NCBI GenBank assembly: GCA_963702005.1
Contig: OY969696.1
Coordinates: forward strand, 2,944,001-3,008,000
Direction of reading: 5' to 3'
Origin: Candidatus Aminicenantes bacterium
Lineage (GTDB): Bacteria > Acidobacteriota > Aminicenantia > Aminicenantales > JAFGBC01
DNA: 64,000 bases
In this document: piece after piece, positions 28,055-36,013 of the stretch
Layout: each line of letters starts with the position of its first letter
Numbering within the stretch: the stretch's first letter is position 1
Notes under the pieces: model-generated
Told to the model about the DNA's origin: nothing
The model's database searches: none
What the model saw: the letters and a program-made list of their open reading frames with translations, nothing else
Translations under genes and position numbers: made by a program

Positions 28055-29478
28055 ACTCCCTTCTGGCGGCCGCCCCCTTGATCGCCGTTTCGTCGGGCGC
28101 GCTCATCGCGCTTCTGGCCGACGCGTTCATCACGAGGACGAACAAGAGCCACCTGGCCGGCCTGTCCCTGTTGTCCCTCGCCGCGGCCATGGCCTTCGCG
28201 GTCATGTCCTGGGACAAGGGTTATCATTATTTTGGGGAGACGCTTCGCCTCGACAACGTCTCGATTCTTCTGTTCGGGCTCATCCTGACCCTGGGCGCCC
28301 TCATCGTCCTCATCGGCCTGAAGTCCCATTCCTCTCCCGCCCTGGTTGAAGGAGCCTTCTATCCCCTTCTTCTCCTCGCGCTCGCCGGGCTTATGGTCAT
28401 GGTCTCGACCTCCGATCTTATCGTCGTCTTCCTCGGCCTCGAGGTCCTGTCCATCTCCTGCTATGCCCTGGCCGGACTGAGGATGTCCGATCCCAAGTCC
28501 AACGAAGCGGCCGTCAAGTATTTCCTGCTGGGAAGCTTCGCCAGCGCGTTCCTGATCTTCGGGATCGCGCTCCTCTACGGAGCGGGCCGGACGACGGATA
28601 TCGCCTCGCTGGCCTCGATCGCCCGGACCGAACGGGGCTGGCTCGCTCTGGCCGGGTGGGCGTTTGTCGTCGTCGGCTTCGGCTTCAAGATCGCCCTGGT
28701 TCCCTTTCACGGCTGGGCCCCCGATGTCTACGAAGGATCTCCGACGCCGGTCACGGCCTTTTTCTCGGTCGGGCCCAAAGCCGCCGGCCTGGCCGTCCTG
28801 ATCAGGATCGCGCTGGCCGCGTCGCCCGGGACATTGCCGGGCGCGGCCTTCATGAAGCTTCTGGCCGGACTGGCCGTCCTGACCATGATCGTCGGGAACC
28901 TGACCGCGCTGCGCCAGACGAACCTCAAAAGGCTGCTGGCCTATTCGAGCATCGCCCATTCGGGATATCTTCTCCTCGCCGTCCTGGCCCGGAATGGGAC
29001 GGGCCTTCTCTTCTACCTCGCGGCCTATCTGTTCATGAACGTCGGCGCTTTCGCGACGCTCGCGGTTTTCTGTCGGAGGGCCAATGGAGAGGAGCCGGTC
29101 GAGCTCGACGATCTGGCCGGGATCGGATTCCGCTATCCTTGGATCGGAGCCTGTATGACCGTATTCCTGCTGTCCCTGGCCGGGTTTCCGCCCACGGCCG
29201 GATTCCTGGCCAAGTTTTTCGTTTTCAGCGCGGCCGTCCGCGAGGGCCAGGTCGGGCTGGTCGTCATCGCGGCCGCCGCGACGCTCGTCTCCGTTTTTTA
29301 TTATCTAAGGATCGTCGTCATCATGTACATGGCGACGCCCAAGCGCGAGACGACCGTCGACCTGGAGAATCCCGCCCTCTATCTCGTCCTCTTTGTCTGT
29401 CTCTTGGCCGTGCTGGAGCTGGGACTCTTCCCCGGCAATTTCTTGGTCCTCGTCCGCAGGGCCGCGGGCGGGCTTTGA
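28051..29478 (+). CDS. nuoN: NADH-quinone oxidoreductase subunit N
   Basis: EAAVKYFLLG, FKIALVPFHGWAPDVYEG, KRLLAYSSIAH. Confidence 0.95.
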   Translation: MNSLLAAAPLIAVSSGALIALLADAFITRTNKSHLAGLSLLSLAAAMAFAVMSWDKGYHYFGETLRLDNVSILLFGLILTLGALIVLIGLKSHSSPALVEGAFYPLLLLALAGLMVMVSTSDLIVVFLGLEVLSISCYALAGLRMSDPKSNEAAVKYFLLGSFASAFLIFGIALLYGAGRTTDIASLASIARTERGWLALAGWAFVVVGFGFKIALVPFHGWAPDVYEGSPTPVTAFFSVGPKAAGLAVLIRIALAASPGTLPGAAFMKLLAGLAVLTMIVGNLTALRQTNLKRLLAYSSIAHSGYLLLAVLARNGTGLLFYLAAYLFMNVGAFATLAVFCRRANGEEPVELDDLAGIGFRYPWIGACMTVFLLSLAGFPPTAGFLAKFFVFSAAVREGQVGLVVIAAAATLVSVFYYLRIVVIMYMATPKRETTVDLENPALYLVLFVCLLAVLELGLFPGNFLVLVRRAAGGL

Positions 29479-29768
29479 GGTTCGGGCTCCTTCTTATCCG
29501 GCCCGGCGGCCCGCTTTATCATGGTCCGCATGATGTCGGCCTTCTCCTCATCCTGATGCTCGATGTACCTGAACAGGTAGTAGAGCGTGATGAAGGTCGA
29601 GATGAGGCAGAGGACGATGACGACGAACGAGAGGCGGATGACGGTCCATTCCGGGTAGGTGTCCCCCTTGAGGATGTCCTCGAGGGAAAGGACGCCGAAG
29701 AGGACCGCGAGCCCGGCCAACAGAACCAGGGCTTCGCTGATCCTAGCCCAAAGTTTAAGCTTTTTCAA
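29379..29768 (-). CDS. Small two-TM hypothetical protein
   Basis: TTG 29768 with purine-rich RBS and upstream promoter; two hydrophobic segments; 3' end overlaps nuoN by 100 bp. Confidence 0.55.
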   Translation of the reverse strand: MKKLKLWARISEALVLLAGLAVLFGVLSLEDILKGDTYPEWTVIRLSFVVIVLCLISTFITLYYLFRYIEHQDEEKADIMRTMIKRAAGPDKKEPEPQSPPAALRTRTKKLPGKSPSSSTAKRQTKRTR

Positions 29769-29829
29769 CGGTCTAGTCCCCTTTCTCGATTGGCTTGTAG
29801 GACCGATGATAAAACACGCGGGGAGCCAA

Positions 29830-29912
29830 GTCAACCCTTCGACACTCATACTAAGCCGTTTCCGGCTTAGTATGAGTACTGCAAGGCTGGGTAGCGTCGG
29901 CGAACGGGTCAA
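29830..29912 (-). repeat. TTGAC-bounded modular repeat, copy 4 (83 bp)
   Basis: GTCAACCCTTCGAC-[15-bp stem 29844-29877]-ACTGCAAGGCTGGGTAGCGTCGGCGAACGGGTCAA. Confidence 0.93.
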
Positions 29913-30613
29913 CTTCCCTCACCCCGTAGGACCGGCACCCTGCGTTCACGGAGGACCAGGATGAAGAGGAAAACGGCCAGGACCAGGGCGAAATGGCACT
30001 GGATGGAGGGGAGGACGCCCTGAGGCTCCCGGAGCAGGATCCGGACGGCCAGCGAAGGCAGAACGAATCCCAGGACACCCGCCTGAAGGTCGGCCAGATG
30101 CTTGCGGATGACCGGGTCCCGCTCGCCGGCCAAGCCGGCCGTCGTCCCGAAGATGAGGACGGCCAGGCCGGACTGGTAGAAGGCCCCGAACAGGATCTCG
30201 AAGGGCGGAGAGTGGAAGTAGCGCGCGATGACCATCTGGCAGACGGACTTGGTCACGCACCCCGGCTCGATAAAGATCCAGCCGATGATCAGGGCCGCCG
30301 CTGCGAACCAGATAAGCGGCAGAGCGATAAGTCCCCGGCGGCGGGGAGAAATGAGCTGAACCATCAGCCACAGGCCGAGCGGAGGCAGCCAGCTGATATC
30401 GAAATAGGCGAGGCGCGTGAAGAGGAGGTTGGCGGGGGCGGCGCAGACGGCGACTTCGGCGAACTGATAGCCGGCCAGCAGCAGAAAGATCAGGGCCGTC
30501 GGCATCAGGATCCGCTTCCGGCCGGGACTCGTCAGCGCGAAGGCGGCGCCCAGGAATTCGAGGATGCCCGTCACGACGGCCAACAACGGCGAGTAGCCGG
30601 ATGGGAATATCAT
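29909..30613 (-). CDS. Multi-pass (about 7 TM) membrane protein of unknown function
   Basis: About seven hydrophobic segments; ATGA coupling to the upstream gene; stop lies inside the repeat end. Confidence 0.7.
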   Translation of the reverse strand: MIFPSGYSPLLAVVTGILEFLGAAFALTSPGRKRILMPTALIFLLLAGYQFAEVAVCAAPANLLFTRLAYFDISWLPPLGLWLMVQLISPRRRGLIALPLIWFAAAALIIGWIFIEPGCVTKSVCQMVIARYFHSPPFEILFGAFYQSGLAVLIFGTTAGLAGERDPVIRKHLADLQAGVLGFVLPSLAVRILLREPQGVLPSIQCHFALVLAVFLFILVLRERRVPVLRGEGS

Positions 30614-31506
30614 GGCGGTTTACGCGCCTCCTCGCTTGCGTTTTGTTCTTTTCTCAACTGAACGTAGGCCGAGGCCGAGGCCAGCGGGAGGGGCCGCATC
30701 CGGGTGCCGGAAAAATAGCGATCGATCGCCAGCCTTGCTCCCAGATCGCAGACTCCATTGTAGTCATCGAACACCACGATCCCCCCGTCCGACGTCCTTG
30801 GGATCGTAAACTCGCACGCCTCGTAGGTGCCCTGATAGAGATTAGCGTCAATATGGACAAAAGCCAAATGGAGATCGCGCGCGTTCAGTTTCAGGAACGT
30901 ATCGGAAAACAATCCGGGGAGCACTTCGACCCGGTCATCGATACCGAGCGTTTCGGCCCTTTGCCGGATGATATCCACCTGGTTCTTGACGAGCGGAAAT
31001 TCGCGCTCAAAACGAAAAGGATCATACTGCGAGGGGGCCGGCATTCCTTCGAATGTATCCAGCATTAAAACCTTCTGGGAAAGGCCGTTCATCTTGCCGA
31101 GCAACGCTATGAGGAGGGCGGTCGTCCCCCAGAATGAGCCGCATTCCATCACATCGCCCGGCGCCGATCTCGCCCGCCACCAGGCGCCGGCGAGCGCTTC
31201 CGCGCGAATCGGAGGCATCGAAAAACGCGCCCCGGTCTCGGCCAGACGGGCCAAGGCGGCCTGGAAATTCGGAGTCGGCGGAAAATTCGCATAGGTCCGC
31301 GTGCGGAACTCCCTCAAAGGATTGATCAGGACCATCGGATCCGACACGGGCAGCGACAGCGAGCGGCGCTGCCGGAAATAGCGAGGGACGGCCCACAGGT
31401 AGTATTTGAGGCCGAGCTGGACGGAGCGCATTATTTTTTTTGGGATGGAGGAGGCGTAATAGGCATCCTCGAAAACGTCGGCCACGTCCTTTGCCCGTTG
31501 CCTCAA
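30610..31506 (-). CDS. TylF/MycF family O-methyltransferase
   Basis: GDVMECG..G, DTFEGMP, GLFSDT, HIDANLY, GGIVVFDDY; start codon uncertain. Confidence 0.82.
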   Translation of the reverse strand: MRQRAKDVADVFEDAYYASSIPKKIMRSVQLGLKYYLWAVPRYFRQRRSLSLPVSDPMVLINPLREFRTRTYANFPPTPNFQAALARLAETGARFSMPPIRAEALAGAWWRARSAPGDVMECGSFWGTTALLIALLGKMNGLSQKVLMLDTFEGMPAPSQYDPFRFEREFPLVKNQVDIIRQRAETLGIDDRVEVLPGLFSDTFLKLNARDLHLAFVHIDANLYQGTYEACEFTIPRTSDGGIVVFDDYNGVCDLGARLAIDRYFSGTRMRPLPLASASAYVQLRKEQNASEEARKPP

Positions 31507-31646
31507 AGTCCCGCCCGGATCATGTTATTGGCGCTGAAGGCAGTCTTCTTTTCGAGTTCTTTTCTCGTCTCCCGCTTTTCGGCCCGCCCTGATTCATGAA
31601 GATTGATCGCGAGGCGAGACTTACTCTATCGCCGGGGAGGATCGAT

Positions 31647-31907
31647 GTCAACCCCTCGACTCCCCGGCCGAAGCTCCACGGACTAATGCTCATTGGAGCG
31701 CCAGTACTCATGAACCGTTTCCGGTTCATGAGTGCATGAATGCCAGGGCTTGTTCGGGGTTAACCCTGAGCCCACTCAGCCCCATCCCGTCCAAAAGGGC
31801 TGAGTACAAAAGTGTCGCTTCTCGTCCCCGCCTTTCAGGGCGGCACCCACGAACCGTTCCCGGTTCATGAGTACTGCAAGGCTGGGTGGCGTCAGCGAAC
31901 GGGTCAA
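31647..31907 (-). repeat. TTGAC-bounded modular repeat, copy 5 (261 bp, composite)
   Basis: Same ends; two ACTCATGAACCG-type hairpins plus GGGTTAACCC and CCGCCTTTCAGGGCGG modules. Confidence 0.92.
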
Positions 31908-32632
31908 GAACGCCGGGACGCCTCGGCCACCTTCTTCGCCGGATAGCCCACGCTCTGGGCGAACAGGACGCGCTGTTCCGGACGCAGCTTGAATTCCTTG
32001 GGGGTATTCTCCTTGTCGCAGTTGTGGAACCAAGCCGCCAAGCCCTGCGAGGCGGCGAACAGATAGACATTCTGGGCGATGAGACCGGTGTCCGTAAAAT
32101 AATAGGACTTCTGGACCTCCGGATCTCCGATCGACCGGTCCGGCTGCCCTTCCCCCACGACGTATCGGCCGGTATCCACGATATAGAAGATATTCAGGGG
32201 AGCGCTCGGGGCGGAGCGCCGGCCGGCCCTGGCCCGAAAGTCGCCCGAGACGACGGGCAGCAGACGGTGAGGAACCGCTTCATAGAGGTAAACCCCTTGA
32301 GGCAGGACGACGTAGAGGTCGATCTCTTGCGAGTTGCTGGCGGACGCGGCGGTTCGCCCCGGCTTTCCCATGAGTCCCGCCTCCGGGCGGTTCACCCCGA
32401 ATGCCGCCCAGAGTAGATTCGAGAGCGTCTGGGGAGACAGCGGCTCGGGGCCGATCGTCCGGGTCGTCTTCCTGTCCTTCAGGGCGGCCAGCACGGACTT
32501 GCCGCCGTCCGTCTCCGGTTCGGGAAGAGTGATAGGCTGCAGCTCCTGCGCGGACCCTAAGGCGGGGACATTGAGCTTGGCGATGGCCGGCAAAGCCGCC
32601 ACCGCGCCCTTGACGAATGTCCGTCGTTTCAT
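31904..32632 (-). CDS. Nitroreductase / SagB-ThcOx family protein with twin-arginine signal
   Basis: MKRRTFVKG Tat motif; LSNLLWAAFG, RTAASASN, AQNVYL, VGYP. Confidence 0.82.
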   Translation of the reverse strand: MKRRTFVKGAVAALPAIAKLNVPALGSAQELQPITLPEPETDGGKSVLAALKDRKTTRTIGPEPLSPQTLSNLLWAAFGVNRPEAGLMGKPGRTAASASNSQEIDLYVVLPQGVYLYEAVPHRLLPVVSGDFRARAGRRSAPSAPLNIFYIVDTGRYVVGEGQPDRSIGDPEVQKSYYFTDTGLIAQNVYLFAASQGLAAWFHNCDKENTPKEFKLRPEQRVLFAQSVGYPAKKVAEASRRS

Positions 32633-32662
32633 CCGATCCTCCTTCATCCGATAGTCTCGCCG

Positions 32663-35071
32663 CTAAAAGCTCCCGGGCGCCGTGAGACCCCGGGCCAACA
32701 GGGACAGAATTTCCAGAAGATAACGATCATAGTTAAACAGTATAAAACCGCCCGTTTTTTGCTTCCGCGTTTCAAGAATCTGGACGATGACCCGGTCGAC
32801 CGGAAGCGATTCGCTCGAAGCCCCGATCCCGGGACGGACCGGCACCCGGCCGCCCACCTGATGGATTTGACGCCGGACGGATTCGGCGAAAGCGGTCGAA
32901 TCCGATGTATAGTCCATGGGCAGGACAAAATCGAGGTAGCCCGCGCGGACCCAGCTCAGCCAGTCCTGGCCGACCGATTCCCGGCAGTCCGGATAATCCG
33001 AGAAAACGGCGGCCGAGATCCGGACGGCCGGCTTGATCGTCTTGACGCGATCGTGGACGTCCTTGACCAGCCGCGTGATCTGCAGGCAGCGCCAGTCCCG
33101 ATACTCCTGCCGGAGCGAGCCGCTATAACAGTCCATCGGCCAGTCGGAAACGGCCTTTCCACGGTAGGCTTCAAACCGCTTCCGGCATCCTCCGCAATAG
33201 CAGGTCGTATCGTCGGGATAGCGGATATAGTCAAAATGAATGCCGTCCACGTCATAATGGCTGACGACCTCGAGGAGCGAATCCCGTTCCAGGGCTTCGT
33301 TGAGGGGGTTCGAAGGGCAGAGCCAATCGACGTCGTTCCCGTAAGCATCGACTTGGGTCCGGTCGGCCGCTCTCATCTCGCGGATGAACGACGGCGGCGC
33401 CGAGAAAAGATTCCAGTCGACCTTCCAGACATGCATTTCCAGCCCGGCCGACCGGCAGGCGGCCAGACACTGGGCGACCTGGTCGCCATAACGGCGGAAT
33501 TCATCCGAGCGGGGAAGAAGCTTCGACGGATAGTGGGCTCGACCGCCGTCCAGCATGTTTGGAAAAACGGCGCCGAAGCCGCTCCCCTTCAACTCCCGAG
33601 CCGAGCGCGGCCAATCGCCCGGCCAGACGCCCGTGCCCGTATGATTCCAAACGGCGCGGAACTCCCCCGTCCGCGGGCGCTGGCAGAGAGCATAGGCTTT
33701 GACAAGAGCCTCATGCGCGGCGAAGGCCGGGGACAGCACGGCCGGGTAACGTTTCTGGGCAAAGGCCGTCTTCGCGGTCGTCCATGAATTCTCGGCCGCC
33801 GCGAGCGCGTCTGCCACGTCCTTGGGGTTGAGACTGGCCGGGCCGAGCTTTGCGATCCCGGCATACGCCTGCTCGAAGCTTTTATAAAGGGCGACTTCTC
33901 CCAAGACGTCCAGGACCCCACGGGCGATGCCCGGGGCGACTTCGGGCGCATCGTGCATGAGCAGGGCCAGGATCATCTGCTGCTTCCCGAGCGGATCGTC
34001 CGTCAACAGAACATGCGACATGTAAGAGCCGTGAGGGCCGTTCAGCAAAGCGGGATAATCCAGGATTTTTCCGCTGTCGTCCTCCCAGCGGGCCAGGACT
34101 TTCGTGGCCGACTGCGAGGACGCTACGATCATGAAATTCCAAGACGCCTGCAAAACGCGCTTGGGCATTCCCGGCAGTCTCATCGTGAATGACAGGGCGC
34201 TGACTTCGGTCTCGGTCCAATCCGTCTGGTCGACGCCGAGAAGGTCCGTGATCCGGTCATCGATGTCGTAGAAGGCCCAGACCTTTCCGCCTCCGGCGAT
34301 GAAGGTTCGGACGCGGTCGACCTCGCCGTCGGACAGGGCGCCGTTGTAGGGAAAGATAGCGAGCCGCGAACCGGCCAGACCGCCGGACTCGACATCCCCG
34401 TCGGAGATCTCGCCGAAAGAGACCTTGAACCGGGTCAGCCATTCCCGGAAAGGTCGGATGTACTCATCCCCCTCCTCATCCGATCCGCGGGCTCGCACGA
34501 TCGTTACGGACGGGCTGTAGGCCCAGAGACGGTCCGCATAGATCACGGTATCTTGCGAAGTCGAACGCCAGGGCGAGAGCCGAATCGCGTCGATCCGATC
34601 CCATCCGGCCGGATCATCTTCCGTGGCGAAATCGCCCTTCTGGAAAACGAGCGTGTTCCAGCCGGAGCCCCCGATGTCCTGACTCTCGGCGTACCAGCCG
34701 AATTGACTGTGAAAATAGAGGGTCACGACATCCACGGGTCCCGGGTTCGAACAATACAGGCGCAGCGCGAAGCACTGATAGCCGCTGAGGTCAAGCGACA
34801 CGGTCCGGTCCCAATAGCTGCGCTCGCGATCGGAGCCGGTGAAATCGCAGGGAAACACGCCGAGAAGCTGAGAGCCCCAGGGCCCGCTTTTCGCGATTTC
34901 GGTCTGCGGCGACCCCGGGCCGCTCTGCCAAGCGGCCCTGATCGCCGCCGCCGTCGGATAGCTGAAGGTATCTATCTCAAGGCCCAGGGAAGCGGCGGCC
35001 GAGATTAAAACGATCAGCAACCCGCCCAGCGGCGCCGCCCACGCCGGAAATCGATTCGATCCCTGAATCAT
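32663..35071 (-). CDS. Secreted glycoside hydrolase-like protein (GHL10/DUF187-type C-terminal domain)
   Basis: EFRAVW, YDVDGIHFDYIRYP, ISAAVF, QDW..W...GYLDFVLPMDY; signal peptide. Confidence 0.78.
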   Translation of the reverse strand: MIQGSNRFPAWAAPLGGLLIVLISAAASLGLEIDTFSYPTAAAIRAAWQSGPGSPQTEIAKSGPWGSQLLGVFPCDFTGSDRERSYWDRTVSLDLSGYQCFALRLYCSNPGPVDVVTLYFHSQFGWYAESQDIGGSGWNTLVFQKGDFATEDDPAGWDRIDAIRLSPWRSTSQDTVIYADRLWAYSPSVTIVRARGSDEEGDEYIRPFREWLTRFKVSFGEISDGDVESGGLAGSRLAIFPYNGALSDGEVDRVRTFIAGGGKVWAFYDIDDRITDLLGVDQTDWTETEVSALSFTMRLPGMPKRVLQASWNFMIVASSQSATKVLARWEDDSGKILDYPALLNGPHGSYMSHVLLTDDPLGKQQMILALLMHDAPEVAPGIARGVLDVLGEVALYKSFEQAYAGIAKLGPASLNPKDVADALAAAENSWTTAKTAFAQKRYPAVLSPAFAAHEALVKAYALCQRPRTGEFRAVWNHTGTGVWPGDWPRSARELKGSGFGAVFPNMLDGGRAHYPSKLLPRSDEFRRYGDQVAQCLAACRSAGLEMHVWKVDWNLFSAPPSFIREMRAADRTQVDAYGNDVDWLCPSNPLNEALERDSLLEVVSHYDVDGIHFDYIRYPDDTTCYCGGCRKRFEAYRGKAVSDWPMDCYSGSLRQEYRDWRCLQITRLVKDVHDRVKTIKPAVRISAAVFSDYPDCRESVGQDWLSWVRAGYLDFVLPMDYTSDSTAFAESVRRQIHQVGGRVPVRPGIGASSESLPVDRVIVQILETRKQKTGGFILFNYDRYLLEILSLLARGLTAPGSF

Positions 35072-35117
35072 GCTGGCTTAATCCTGCCGTCGTTATGATG
35101 CCGCGCGGCTCTATTTT

Positions 35118-35208
35118 TTTATACAGGTTGCCCGTGAGCCTGTCAATCTCCCGAGTTTTCTCACGGCGCCGGCCTGAATTGACAACCCTTTCTGTCTCGT
35201 TCTATCAT
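35118..35208. promoter_or_regulatory. Divergent sigma70 promoters
   Basis: Minus: TTGACA-N17-TATAAA 35146-35118; plus: TTGACA-N18-TATCAT 35179-35208. Confidence 0.65.
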
Positions 35209-35216
35209 CCGTTGGG

Positions 35217-35375
35217 ATGAAAAAAGGCCAAGCCGTCTTCCTTGTCGCCGCTCTTAGGATCTTGGCATCGCCGGGATTCGCTCATCTCACAATCGCCCGG
35301 GGTGGAAAAGCCCTGGCCGCGGTGGTTGTCGCCGAAAAGGCCTCCGAAACAGAGCGCCGGGCGGCCTGTCAATGA
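35217..35375 (+). pseudogene. Truncated paralog of the N-terminus of the 36014 DUF4838 gene
   Basis: 52 aa ...IARGGKALAAVVVAEKASETERRAA aligns with IARGGRAVAAVVVSENASATELQAA. Confidence 0.75.
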
Positions 35376-35376
35376 A

Positions 35377-35871
35377 TTATCGACTCGGCCTCGTGAATCC
35401 TACCGATAGGCCAGCCCAGATCTGGAAACCTTCATTGGGATGATAATAAGGAGTCAGGCCGAGACGAAACAGCAGGCCCCCTCGAGTCGTCAGGCGCAAT
35501 CCCAAAAAACTTCCCCAAGTCAACCGATGTCCTCTAAAATTCTCCATTAAAAAGTAGTCATCTCTGTAGACAATAACGGGACCGATACCGGCCTCGAAGC
35601 CGCGGTCGACAAACGAAACCATCATCAACAGGCTGCCCAATCCCCCGCCTGCTCGAAGACAGACCTGTTCGTTCATCATGTATTCCACATTAAAGCTGCC
35701 GTAGATCCCGGTTCCCAAGGCCTCGAAATAGACTCCGCCCGCACCCTTGCGGGATTGGGCCGCAAAGGTGGAAACCGAGAGCGCCGCCGTCAAGAAGAAA
35801 ATGAGCACGATCGGCTCCCCCGCGGATCCAAGCGAAAAGGTCTTGACTAGATTAAGTGCGCTTTTAGTCAT
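35377..35871 (-). CDS. Hypothetical exported beta-strand-rich protein, lower GC
   Basis: Hydrophobic N-terminus, Gly/aromatic strands (FRLGLTP, WAGLSVGF); visibly more AT-rich than neighbours. Confidence 0.6.
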   Translation of the reverse strand: MTKSALNLVKTFSLGSAGEPIVLIFFLTAALSVSTFAAQSRKGAGGVYFEALGTGIYGSFNVEYMMNEQVCLRAGGGLGSLLMMVSFVDRGFEAGIGPVIVYRDDYFLMENFRGHRLTWGSFLGLRLTTRGGLLFRLGLTPYYHPNEGFQIWAGLSVGFTRPSR

Positions 35872-36013
35872 AACTTCCCCCAAATATTTTTACTACGAAT
35901 CTTCCCCGTCAGTCAATTTTTTTTATCCGGCTGGCCGAGGCTTGCGAAGAAGGTATCTGCGCTTGTATTTAAAGCCGCATGGAAATATCATCGGTTACAG
36001 GTAGGAGAGAATC

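Noticed and set aside
29379-32647. Classical integron cassette array (repeats directly after stop codons)
   Set aside because: Ends do not fit RYYYAAC/GTTRRRY, there is no intI in the window, copies occur in both orientations and the downstream genes have promoters. Only the structural analogy is retained.
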